The notes under the pieces are model-generated. The model did not search any database. It was not told the origin of the DNA and worked only from the letters and a program-made list of their open reading frames with translations. A DNA stretch of 64,000 nt from a virus, in IMG/VR virus record IMGVR_UViG_3300032053_000011, positions 32,001-96,000 of that record. The stretch is one strand, 5' to 3'. Below, piece after piece: positions 51,057-59,943 of the stretch (position 1 is the stretch's first letter; each line of letters opens with the position of its first letter). Made by a program: the position numbers and the translations under genes.

Positions 51057-52663
51057 TGTCGGGGCGCATCCGTACCATCAAGCCGGAATTGATCGACGAT
51101 GAGAAGACCGCCTCACTGTCACACCTCGAGTTCCGGCTGTTCATCGCGTTCATTGTCACGGCGGACGACTATGGGAATCTTCGTGGCGAGCCTTCGATGT
51201 TGCGTGGACAACTGCTCTGGGCACTGGGTACGCCGGTCGCCGAGGTGGTGGCAGCGATGGACGTTCTCGAAGAGGTCGGATTGATCGACGCGTACATTGT
51301 CCGTGGTCAGCGTTACCTCCATATCGCGGGCTGGTCGAAGCATCAGAAGGTCGATAAACCGGGCAAGCCGCGCGTTCCGAGTCCAACCGATCCAGAGCGG
51401 ATTGAGGAGCGGCGCTGGAAGACGTACTTCATCCGGCTTGGCGACGATGGCCCGATTCGCATCGGCAAGACGATTCACATGGCGACCTGCATCACCAAGC
51501 TCCAGGCGACTGCCAGGGCTCCGTTGCAAGTACTGCGGGTCGTTGATGCAAACGTCGAGGCCGTTTGTCAGAAGCGGTTCAAGGGCTCGCGCACCGAAGG
51601 CGAATGGTTCGCGCCCACGCGCGAGCTGCTGGAGTACATCGCGACTGAACCGTTCGCCGACGACGTGCCGCCCGCTCCCATCGTGACGCCGGGTCAGGGC
51701 GAGCTGGTGCTTCGCCATCCGCCAGTCGCGCCGCCAGCTCTCGCAAAACCACCCGGACCCACAGCACCCCCCATCGGTGCGACGGCGCCCATGATGGCGC
51801 ATACCGGCACGCCGACTGACACACAAGTTCTGCCTGTGGAAACTACAGCGGAACCTGTTGCTGCGAGCGATTCGCGAATCATTCGCGAGACTCTCGCGAC
51901 TGACCTCCGACCTCCGACCCCGAATCCGACCACGACCACGACCGACCAGTCGAGCGGTCTGGTCGCCCCGGTTCCAGCGATCCCGATCAAGTCGCAGACC
52001 GAGACCCAGGCCGAGACGGACTCGCAACGCGAGGCGCGGCTCGAGCGCATCACTCGGAGCCTGACCGATCGCCAGCACGGCGATGGTGTCGACTGGACGG
52101 CCGAAGGGAATCGGCTTCGGAAGGAATCCAAGGGGCGGTTGCGGACGTCATGCAGTCCGGTGCAGGCCGAGGAATTCGGACGTGCGATGCGATCGCTCGC
52201 GGACCAGCATGAACGGCCAGCATCCGAGCTCGTGACCCTGCTCGCCGATCACGCTCGCGAAACGGACACGTGGGCATGGATGACCACATCGAATCCCGGC
52301 ATGGGGTACCTGCTGAGAAATGGTGCAGAGGCGCTCGTCGAGGCGATCGAGAAAGCGCTGGCCTGGGAAGCTGCTGGGAAGCCGGAGTCATCTGGCTCAG
52401 CGCCATCCAGCGGACCGTCCAACGCGCCTTCTGGGCCGACCAATGAGGAATATCTGACATCCTTGCGTGCCCGTCGGGCCGACGTCGCCGAGATGCGCGC
52501 GCCACGGCCGATGTCCGCGGAGGATACACGCGCCGCCGCAGAAGTAAGTCGTACGGCTCTTCAAAAGCTCCGCGCTGACCGAGCCGAGACAGATCGCATC
52601 GCGAACTATGCGCGCTTTGGTGAGGTGGCGCCTACGCTCAACCAGCCAACGGAGCCCAATTGA
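51056..52663 (+). CDS. Phage replication initiator (replisome-organiser type) with embedded T5orf172-like domain
   Basis: RIRTIKPE, ADDYG, L...GLI..Y, WSKHQKVDKP; then YFIR....IRIGKT...GEWF; directly upstream of dnaB. Confidence 0.75.
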   Translation: MSGRIRTIKPELIDDEKTASLSHLEFRLFIAFIVTADDYGNLRGEPSMLRGQLLWALGTPVAEVVAAMDVLEEVGLIDAYIVRGQRYLHIAGWSKHQKVDKPGKPRVPSPTDPERIEERRWKTYFIRLGDDGPIRIGKTIHMATCITKLQATARAPLQVLRVVDANVEAVCQKRFKGSRTEGEWFAPTRELLEYIATEPFADDVPPAPIVTPGQGELVLRHPPVAPPALAKPPGPTAPPIGATAPMMAHTGTPTDTQVLPVETTAEPVAASDSRIIRETLATDLRPPTPNPTTTTTDQSSGLVAPVPAIPIKSQTETQAETDSQREARLERITRSLTDRQHGDGVDWTAEGNRLRKESKGRLRTSCSPVQAEEFGRAMRSLADQHERPASELVTLLADHARETDTWAWMTTSNPGMGYLLRNGAEALVEAIEKALAWEAAGKPESSGSAPSSGPSNAPSGPTNEEYLTSLRARRADVAEMRAPRPMSAEDTRAAAEVSRTALQKLRADRAETDRIANYARFGEVAPTLNQPTEPN

Positions 52664-54069
52664 CTCTGCAATCGATCCGCACCAACAAACCGGCTGAATT
52701 GGCTGTTCTCGGTGATGCGATGGCGCACAAGGGTGCCATCGCGATCCTGAAAGGAATCCTCGGCATAGAGGACTTCTACTGGCCCGAGAACAGTACCATC
52801 TGGGCAGCAATGGTCGCGCTCGAAGAGCGCGGAGTAAGCATTGACCCGGTCACTATTGCCGACGAACTACGAACGATTCGTCGGCTGAATACGGTCAGTG
52901 GTCTCGTCGACATCGAGACACTGAAGTACCACGCCGGACGGGACATCGATGCTGTGGAATCCCATGCCCGCATCGTGGCTGGCCTCGCGATGGCGCGCCG
53001 CATCGAGTCCACTGCGCAGTCCATCGCAGCGCTCGCCCTCGATCCGTCCATCGCCGTGCCGGACTTCGCCGACCGCGCGATCACAGCATTATCTGAGGCC
53101 ACCAAACAGCGGGATGTACGGGCGCCCGCAGCGATGATCGACATGGCTGAAGATCTTACGAAGCGCATCGAGCAACAAGCAGATGCTCCAGAAGGCATCA
53201 CCGGTGTTCCTTCCGGGCTTACTCAACTCGATGCCATCACGTCTGGTCTTCAGCCCGGGACGCTCGTGATCGTCGCGGCGAGACCAGCGATGGGAAAATC
53301 CAGCCTCGCGACGAAGTTGGTGAAGGCCTGCGCGGAACGCAACAACTCAGGCAACAAGGCCTCGCTGCTGTTCTCTCTCGAGATGCCCAACAAAGAGCAG
53401 TTCGAACGCATCGCTTGTGAGCAGGCCTCGATCGATGCGAAGAAGATCAAACGGCGGCAGTTGACTTCGGACGATATGACAGGGCTCACCAGCGCTTTGA
53501 ACTACGTCGCAACGTTGCCGATTTTCATCGACGATGACTCGTCCGTGACCCCGCAGGACCTGCGCGCCCGCGCTCTACGGCAGCATTCACGCACGCCGCT
53601 CGGCCTGATCGCCATCGACTATCTCCAGCTCATCATGCCTCCGCGCACGATGGGGCGCGACACACGTGAACGACAGGTTACCGTCATCGCCGAAGCGCTC
53701 AAGGCGCTGGCCAAAGAATTGAATATTCCGGTCGTTGCCCTCGCACAACTGAATCGATCACTTGAGGAACGGCCAGACAAGCGACCGCGGCTTTCAGATC
53801 TCCGCGAGAGCGGAGGACTGGAGCAATCCGCCGACCTCGTGCTCTTCATCTATCGGGACGACTACTACAATAAGGACTCGGCCGACAAAGGCATCGCCGA
53901 ACTCATTGTTGCGAAGCAGCGCGGCGGCGATACGAGCACAGCCTATGCGCGATGGATCGCAACGCTGACGCGCTTTCAGGATCTATCAGACGAGGAACTC
54001 GAAGAACTCGATAATCGCAAGGCGGCGCCAAATAACGTCGTGCCAATGCGGCCAAGGAACAGAGCATGA
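52660..54069 (+). CDS. dnaB: Replicative DNA helicase DnaB
   Basis: N-terminal domain (EDFY, IDPVT), AARPAMGKS, FSLEM, IDYLQL, LAQLNR, RP.LSDLRESGGLEQSAD, AKQRGG. Confidence 0.95.
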   Translation: MTLQSIRTNKPAELAVLGDAMAHKGAIAILKGILGIEDFYWPENSTIWAAMVALEERGVSIDPVTIADELRTIRRLNTVSGLVDIETLKYHAGRDIDAVESHARIVAGLAMARRIESTAQSIAALALDPSIAVPDFADRAITALSEATKQRDVRAPAAMIDMAEDLTKRIEQQADAPEGITGVPSGLTQLDAITSGLQPGTLVIVAARPAMGKSSLATKLVKACAERNNSGNKASLLFSLEMPNKEQFERIACEQASIDAKKIKRRQLTSDDMTGLTSALNYVATLPIFIDDDSSVTPQDLRARALRQHSRTPLGLIAIDYLQLIMPPRTMGRDTRERQVTVIAEALKALAKELNIPVVALAQLNRSLEERPDKRPRLSDLRESGGLEQSADLVLFIYRDDYYNKDSADKGIAELIVAKQRGGDTSTAYARWIATLTRFQDLSDEELEELDNRKAAPNNVVPMRPRNRA

Positions 54070-54079
54070 GGGCAAGATC

Positions 54080-54940
54080 GTGAACGACAAATCGCAGTAT
54101 GGTGCATCAGACACGCCGGATGGCATCACCGGGATTCCATCCGGCCTCCGCCAGCTCGACAACATCACCGGTGGCTTCCAGCCAGGAACGCTCATCCTCG
54201 TCGCGGCGAAGTCAGCGATGGGCAAGAGCAGCTTTGGAACAAAGCTCGTGAGAAAGTGCGCGGAACGCACCAACGATGGCAAGAGCGCGTCGCTGCTATT
54301 CTCCATCGAGATGACAGGGGAAGAGCAGCACCTGCGCATTGTTTGCGAGGCAGCGTCGGTCGACGCGATGAGTATCAGGCGTGGCGACACAAGCGCACGG
54401 GCGTCGATGTTGGGCGCGGCGCGCTACGTCGCCACGTTGCCGATCTTCATCGACGACAATTCGTCCGTGACGCCGCAAGATCTCCGCGCACGTGCTCTTC
54501 TCCAGGACGCGCGCACGCCGCTCGGTCTGATCGTGATCGACAACCTCCATCTGATCCGTCCGCCGCGCACGATGAGCCAGAATACGATTGCCGAATCGCT
54601 CAAGGCGCTCGGCAAAGAACTCAACATCCCGATCGTCGCGCTCACACATTTGAATCGGTTCCAGGAGGACAGGCCGAACAGGCGTCCGGGGCTCTCGGAT
54701 CTGCCCGGTGACCTCGAGCAGTCCGCCGACGTCGTCATCTTCATCCACCGCGATGACTATGATGACAAGCATTCGTCAAACAAAGGCATCACCGAACTGA
54801 TCGTTGCGAAGCATCGCGGTGGCGAGACGAGCACCGCCTATGCGCGCTGGATCCCGACGCTGACGCGTTTTCAGGACCTCACCGACGAGGAGCTTGAGGA
54901 CATCGATACGAGCAGGTCAGCACGGAGGGGTTCGACATGA
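54080..54940 (+). CDS. Degenerate second copy of the DnaB C-terminal ATPase domain
   Basis: Closely parallels the preceding gene, with AAKSAMGKS, IDNLHL, LTHLNR and LSDLPGDLEQ; no N-terminal domain. Confidence 0.8.
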   Translation: MNDKSQYGASDTPDGITGIPSGLRQLDNITGGFQPGTLILVAAKSAMGKSSFGTKLVRKCAERTNDGKSASLLFSIEMTGEEQHLRIVCEAASVDAMSIRRGDTSARASMLGAARYVATLPIFIDDNSSVTPQDLRARALLQDARTPLGLIVIDNLHLIRPPRTMSQNTIAESLKALGKELNIPIVALTHLNRFQEDRPNRRPGLSDLPGDLEQSADVVIFIHRDDYDDKHSSNKGITELIVAKHRGGETSTAYARWIPTLTRFQDLTDEELEDIDTSRSARRGST

Positions 54941-55725
54941 ACGAGCCGTCGCCGTCCGGTACCTCTGGGTACGCTGGTTCTCCTCCATACATCGGCGTCA
55001 CTGGGTTCATGTCCTCCGCCGAGGTCGCTGTGGTGTTGCGGGGGGTCCCGCTCACTGGCGCGCGCAAGCTGATGGTCGGCGTGCTTGCGAGCTCGAAGAC
55101 GCTGGCCGGATATCGGAACCGCCACCCACGCCGGTATCCGGTCATGAACGCGATCGCCGGGATCTTCCCGACCGACCCCCGCGCGCTGAACCTGATCCAC
55201 TACTTCACGGAGCAGCCGGACAGCCTCGCGGACCAACTCGAACAACTCACCGTGATTGGCGGCCCGAACCTGCATGGGTTCCAACTGAACGTCCGCTGGC
55301 CGAGCAAGAGCCAGATCCAGAAGCACCTCGAGAGGTACCCACAGCACCGGATCGTGCTCCAGCTCGGGCCGAGCGTGCTGGCGGCGTCGGAGCCCGAGTT
55401 GCTCCTACGTCAACTTGTGGACGTCAGCTATCCGGCCACGGACCTGTTGATCGACCCGTCCGGGGGTGTGGGGCGCCCGTTCGATCCAGCGGTCGCCCGG
55501 GAGTACGTCACAACGCTGTGGGGACGTCTGGGCACCGGCCTGGGGCTCGCCGGTGGCCTTGGGCCGGACAGCCTCGGCGCCCTCGCCCCACTCGCCACCG
55601 ACTTCCCTGGGCTGTCGATCGATGCCGAGGGACGGCTGCGCGATGAACAGGACTACCTTGATTGCGCGCGCGTTCTCGCATATCTAACCGCGGCGAGCAC
55701 GATGTTCGGCACCGGCACCGGCTAG
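54937..55725 (+). CDS. TrpF(PRAI)-like TIM-barrel protein
   Basis: YIGVTG, FQLN, LLIDPSGGVG, GLAGGLGPD, IDAEGRLRD. Confidence 0.7.
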   Translation: MNEPSPSGTSGYAGSPPYIGVTGFMSSAEVAVVLRGVPLTGARKLMVGVLASSKTLAGYRNRHPRRYPVMNAIAGIFPTDPRALNLIHYFTEQPDSLADQLEQLTVIGGPNLHGFQLNVRWPSKSQIQKHLERYPQHRIVLQLGPSVLAASEPELLLRQLVDVSYPATDLLIDPSGGVGRPFDPAVAREYVTTLWGRLGTGLGLAGGLGPDSLGALAPLATDFPGLSIDAEGRLRDEQDYLDCARVLAYLTAASTMFGTGTG

Positions 55726-56113
55726 GGGATCCATGGGCGGCAGCACGTACGTTTCGAGTTATGACGAGTGGCTCCAGCGCCAGAAGACCTCCAAGACCAC
55801 GCTGTCGTTCCTCTGGGCGGCTCGCATCTCGGCGACGGTCAGCGATGTTGCGGCGCCGCTCGTGCTGGCCGAGACGCTGTACCTCGCATTCGCCGACGTG
55901 GCTGTGGTGCGGCCCGAAGACAAGGAGCTCTTCAGTTTCTTCTGCGCGGCATCTTCGGAGTTCGCGCTCGAGGGCCGCGAGGCCGATTGCGCACGGATGC
56001 TGGTGCAGGCCCAGAAGCTCTCGGGACATGCCATGAGTTGGCTGCGCGCTGGCTGCGCGGCGATCCGCACCGAGATGGCTCGGCGCGGCGTGGCGCATCC
56101 GCGGGACTGACTG

Positions 56114-56635
56114 GTGGTGGCGCAACCCGTCGCACGACAGGTTCTACTCATCACCGGCTCGCGCGCGCTCTGCGACAGTCCGGCAGCCGAGTCCTGGGCG
56201 CGGGAGATCTTGTACGAAACGATCCGCGTGCTGCCGCCGGATGCGGTCGTCGTGGCCGGTGATGCCGGGGGCCCAGATCACTGGGGCCTGCATGAAGCCG
56301 AGATCCGCGATCTCTACTGGACCCGATTCCAACTCGATGGGACCCGGCATGACTGGCGTGGGCTGCGGAAGCTACGCTGCGTGGAATGGTGCTCCATCGA
56401 CGCTGTCCCGGAACGTGGATCTCCGAGGTGGCGCCGGTGGCCACTCGAGCGCAACCGGGTGATGGTCGCGCAGATCGCGGCGGTGCGAGCGCCCATCGAA
56501 CGCAGCGCACTTGCCCTCCTGGCGCCATGGGCCAGCACGCATGGGACCGCACACACGGCCATGCTTCTCGATCAGCGCGGCATCGTGGTACGGCGCGAGA
56601 CCTGCCCGGTGGGACACGCGCCGTTCAGCCACTGA
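56114..56635 (+). CDS. SLOG-superfamily (YspA/DUF2493-like) protein
   Basis: LLITGSR, VVAGDAGGPD, PLERNRVMV, STHGTAHT. Confidence 0.7.
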   Translation: MVAQPVARQVLLITGSRALCDSPAAESWAREILYETIRVLPPDAVVVAGDAGGPDHWGLHEAEIRDLYWTRFQLDGTRHDWRGLRKLRCVEWCSIDAVPERGSPRWRRWPLERNRVMVAQIAAVRAPIERSALALLAPWASTHGTAHTAMLLDQRGIVVRRETCPVGHAPFSH

Positions 56636-56643
56636 ACCGACTC

Positions 56644-56672
56644 TTCCTGTGTGGCTAGCAGCATGCAATACT
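56644..56672 (+). promoter_or_regulatory. Leaderless promoter with box variant
   Basis: TTCCTG-17-AATACT-7 nt-ATG 56680; box GCTAGC AGCAT GCAATA. Confidence 0.55.
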
Positions 56673-56679
56673 CCGAACC

Positions 56680-57138
56680 ATGGCTCTGACGAAAAAACAG
56701 GCACACGACAAGATCTGCACTGATGGACTGCTGATGGGCGGGCAGATGCGGGCGTATAATGGCCTGTGGTCCCATGGTCCCATCACCGCGACCGGGCTCA
56801 GTAGAGCTATGCAGACGGAGCACGACAAGATCGAAGGACACCCCTGCTACCACAAGCGCCTCGCAGATCTGGAGAAGCGTGGATTGGTGTCGCGATCGGA
56901 GAATTCTGATCCAGCGCAACGTCGCCACGGAAAGGTGTGGAGCATCATCCCGGGCCAGTTGCCAGGGCCGATGCCGCCAGCCACAAAGGGTCCGCCGAAG
57001 CCGACCAGCGACGAGCTGAGGCTTTACAACGCGATCGTCGATGACCTCGCACGGAAGGGGAGGAAGGGCGGCTCCCACGGCGGTGCGTTCGAGAAGACTC
57101 GAGCGTGGTTGAAGTCTGGCGCTCGCCCGTCGAAGTGA
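56680..57138 (+). CDS. Winged-helix DNA-binding protein
   Basis: HGPITATGL...HKRLADLEKRGLV.R....VW. Confidence 0.6.
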   Translation: MALTKKQAHDKICTDGLLMGGQMRAYNGLWSHGPITATGLSRAMQTEHDKIEGHPCYHKRLADLEKRGLVSRSENSDPAQRRHGKVWSIIPGQLPGPMPPATKGPPKPTSDELRLYNAIVDDLARKGRKGGSHGGAFEKTRAWLKSGARPSK

Positions 57139-57743
57139 TAGTGGAAATGGACGAGGACGAGGACGACATGGCCCGATGCGGAGTCTTTCACCGGATCATC
57201 GCTGAGGAGTCGAGAGGTCCGCGCGGTGGTGCCATCACGCACTATCAGGCGGAGTGCATCGGCTGCGGTCGCAAGACGGATCCAATCCGAATCACATCGG
57301 ATTCAATGGGCCGCGAGCGGAGCCTTGCCGCGCTTCACGAACACCAGTGCCCGACGCCACCAGTGGTCTCCGCGCAAGGTCTTCTGCTGAACGGCCTCGC
57401 GAAGTACATCGAGGATGAAGAGCCGATCCCTCTGACCTTCGCCATCGAACACTTCGGCGACCGCACGCCGGAAGATGCGCTGCGGCTGGCATGGAGCAAG
57501 TGTGTTGAGGGACACGCGCTCGGCGCGTTGATGTATGCGCTCCGCCAGAAAGTCTCGTGCGAATCGGCACCGCGCTACAGCCAGGATCGCGCAACGACGT
57601 TCGTCTCGTTCAACTGCGGCAACGTGTCGTATCAGTTGCGTGGGACCGACGCCAACGTCGCCGATGCGGTCCGTGGAATCGTCGATGCGGAAAAACTGAT
57701 CGCTGGGACCCTGCGCCGGTGCTTCAAACCGGCCGTGGGATAG
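57135..57743 (+). CDS. Zn-ribbon fused to a divergent variable-core family domain
   Basis: CIGC...HQC then PIPLTFAIEHF....AW..C ... ADAVRGIV. Confidence 0.5.
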   Translation: MIVEMDEDEDDMARCGVFHRIIAEESRGPRGGAITHYQAECIGCGRKTDPIRITSDSMGRERSLAALHEHQCPTPPVVSAQGLLLNGLAKYIEDEEPIPLTFAIEHFGDRTPEDALRLAWSKCVEGHALGALMYALRQKVSCESAPRYSQDRATTFVSFNCGNVSYQLRGTDANVADAVRGIVDAEKLIAGTLRRCFKPAVG

Positions 57744-57764
57744 GCGCTTTCGGTTTCTGCCGGG

Positions 57765-57975
57765 TTGAGGTTGCGCCTGAACATTGAGGTCGCGCCTGAA
57801 TACGCCGCGAACATCGCCAGAGCGGTTTGAGCGTCTCGGTTGCACCCTCTGGACAGTTGAATCGCCATTTCGACCCTTGACGACCAGTCATGCATCGGTG
57901 GACCCGCTACCTGCGGAAGATCATGAAATCTTCCGCACAGAGCGGTTTGAGCGATTGTAACGCCGTGTAACGCCG
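57765..57975. repeat. Intergenic cluster of direct repeats and a hairpin
   Basis: TTGAGGT(T/C)GCGCCTGAA x2 (57765, 57784); CAGAGCGGTTTGAGCG x2 (57818, 57938); inverted repeat TGCGGAAGAT/ATCTTCCGCA (57912-57937); TGTAACGCCG x2 (57956-57975). Confidence 0.75.
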
Positions 57976-58045
57976 TTCTCCGATCACCGGGCGAGATGAT
58001 CGGATTGACATCGGCACGTTACGCCAAGCGTTGCCGCGTGAAGGC

Positions 58046-58261
58046 TTATTGGTCGAACTCGCACGCGTGCTGTTGCGAATCGATGTTCATCCGCCCGCAG
58101 TCTGGACACTGCGGCGCGAACTCGTGCGAGCGTGACTTTGCATGCTCGTCACGAGCGTCCACGGGCCCGTGGAACGCATGCGTTTGTTCGTTGCCACAGA
58201 TGCCGCACTTGATGTGTCCGCATGCGGGACAGAACGGGCACGCATCTTTCGTCTTAGCCAT
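58046..58261 (-). CDS. Small Cys-rich Zn-finger protein
   Basis: CPFCPACGHIKCGICG...CPDCG...HAC. Confidence 0.55.
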   Translation of the reverse strand: MAKTKDACPFCPACGHIKCGICGNEQTHAFHGPVDARDEHAKSRSHEFAPQCPDCGRMNIDSQQHACEFDQ

Positions 58262-58266
58262 GCCGA

Positions 58267-58641
58267 CTACGACTGGATTCGCGGCGTGAGGAACGGGGCC
58301 GGTGCACAACCGGTGGTGCGATCGCCGCTGAATGTCCCGGGTCCTACCCAGAACGGGCCAGGATTCGGCTGCCACGGTCCGATCGTCGGGGTCGCTGGCG
58401 GAAACGGCAACGGAAATGGCATCGGCATGATCGGCACGATCGGAAGCGGATAGACGTCGGGGTACATCCGTTGCGGCGCTATCGACACCGCGCGCAGCAA
58501 CTCGGCAAGTGCGGCGCCCGGGGTCGGCAGCCACAGGAGGCCCGTCGCGCCGCATCCCTTGCACTTCACGCGCATGCGTGGTGCTGAGCCAGGATGTGAA
58601 CCGCGTCCATCGCAGGCCGGGCACTTGATTGGATTGGTCAT
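58267..58641 (-). CDS. DnaJ-type CxxCxGxG Zn-finger protein with Pro-rich tail
   Basis: CPACDGRG...CKGCGATG. Confidence 0.6.
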   Translation of the reverse strand: MTNPIKCPACDGRGSHPGSAPRMRVKCKGCGATGLLWLPTPGAALAELLRAVSIAPQRMYPDVYPLPIVPIMPMPFPLPFPPATPTIGPWQPNPGPFWVGPGTFSGDRTTGCAPAPFLTPRIQS

Positions 58642-58822
58642 CGATCGTCTCTCTTTCCGATCTCGAGACTACCATGCTACTGTCGACACAACGCAGTAGC
58701 TCAGCGAGCTGTAAGTGGCGGCGAAGTACAAGCCACCCAAGCGACAGAAGAGCACCCGGTTCCTAACCGGTTGGTCGCCCGTGCAACTCGGGCCTGCGTC
58801 CTATTGTGGTACCGTGGCGCCC

Positions 58823-59197
58823 ATGAAGATCGTCCTCGTGCGCGGCGCCCAAGCTGATGACGCCAGACGGCATCTCGGGCTGTTGAAGGTGACGCGCGCG
58901 ACTGCCGAAGCGCTGTGGAACGTCGGCTTCCCCGTGATCCTGACCGGCAACAACGTCAACTCCCACCACTTCTTCACCGGCTGGAATCTGGCATACCCGA
59001 TGCGGCCGAAGAGCGAGGACGGCAACTTCTCGGTTGCGGCCAACGCCTTCGTGGCGAACCTCGAGCCCGAGCTCGGAACCGGACCCGCGTTCTTCCTCAG
59101 ACCCGAGCTGAGCGAGGACGAACTTCGGACGGTCGGACTGGCGACATATCTTCTGTTCGAGGCGGCTGTCGCCGCAGCGCTCTCGCCGAAACGATGA
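58823..59197 (+). CDS. Phage hypothetical protein
   Basis: Coherent ORF (A..LW..G..V...NV.......W.L...F....N.F...ELG..PAFF); start may be upstream at 58715. Confidence 0.55.
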   Translation: MKIVLVRGAQADDARRHLGLLKVTRATAEALWNVGFPVILTGNNVNSHHFFTGWNLAYPMRPKSEDGNFSVAANAFVANLEPELGTGPAFFLRPELSEDELRTVGLATYLLFEAAVAAALSPKR

Positions 59198-59215
59198 TGC
59201 GATGATCCGTGTGTT

Positions 59216-59539
59216 TCACGGCGGTCCCACAACCTCGGTTTTCCCGTAACGGTTGACCTCGAGATCCCGGATTACGATGCGGAGACCGTTGATCACATGC
59301 TCGCGCGACTCAGCACAGTCCGCCATCGCCGCTCCGCCGCTTGGCGTCGCCACGAGGATGAAGATGACAGCGTCGGCGTGAAACCGCTGGCGCAGCACAT
59401 CAAGACTTTGATGCGTGGCCACCTGCAACTGCTCACTGTTCATCGGCACGAGCGCACGGAGACGCTGCACCGGTCTCAGGATCGGTCCGAACACTGCACC
59501 GAGGATGCACCCGAGCACCAGCATGATCGCGAGGTTCAT
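59216..59539 (-). CDS. Small protein with N-terminal TM helix
   Basis: MNLAIMLVLGCILGAVFG; TACAAC 6 nt before ATG. Confidence 0.55.
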   Translation of the reverse strand: MNLAIMLVLGCILGAVFGPILRPVQRLRALVPMNSEQLQVATHQSLDVLRQRFHADAVIFILVATPSGGAAMADCAESREHVINGLRIVIRDLEVNRYGKTEVVGPP

Positions 59540-59562
59540 CGTTTCGTTGTACCATTGCTGCG

Positions 59563-59943
59563 ATGTCCAGGGAGCTCCAGATCGGCGAGAGACGGCCGCC
59601 GCAGATTCACGTAGCCGGGCCCGCGCGCCTGAAGCTCTACATGAGCCAGCGTGGCGTCAGCCAGACGAAGTTCGCGAAGATCCTGCGCGTCGGCCGAGTG
59701 ACGCTCTGCCGATGGCTGAACGAAGAACAGCGGCCGGACGGCGAGGGGCGCGAACGAATCGCACTCGCCACCGACGGCTTCGTTCGGCCGCCTGACTGGG
59801 AGACACCGGCGGAGTTCACCGCGCGCAGGGACAAGGAGCGTTACGTCGCCGAGCACCCGCGCAAACGGCAACGCAAGCCTCGACCGAAGCACTTCAGTTT
59901 CGCGCAGGCCATCTTCGATCCGCGTACAGGACAACTCCGGTGA
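59563..59943 (+). CDS. XRE/Cro-like HTH regulator
   Basis: LKLYMSQRGVSQTKFAKILRVGRVTLCRWLN...P....RIALATDGFV.P.DW; TACCAT 7 nt before ATG. Confidence 0.8.
   Translation: MSRELQIGERRPPQIHVAGPARLKLYMSQRGVSQTKFAKILRVGRVTLCRWLNEEQRPDGEGRERIALATDGFVRPPDWETPAEFTARRDKERYVAEHPRKRQRKPRPKHFSFAQAIFDPRTGQLR

Noticed and set aside
54937-55725. Genuine trpF of tryptophan biosynthesis
   Set aside because: It lacks the KICG N-terminal motif and no other trp genes are present; only fold-level resemblance is claimed.
57765-57975. CRISPR mini-array
   Set aside because: Repeats are 10-17 bp, of three different sequences with only two copies each, with no regular spacers and no cas genes.
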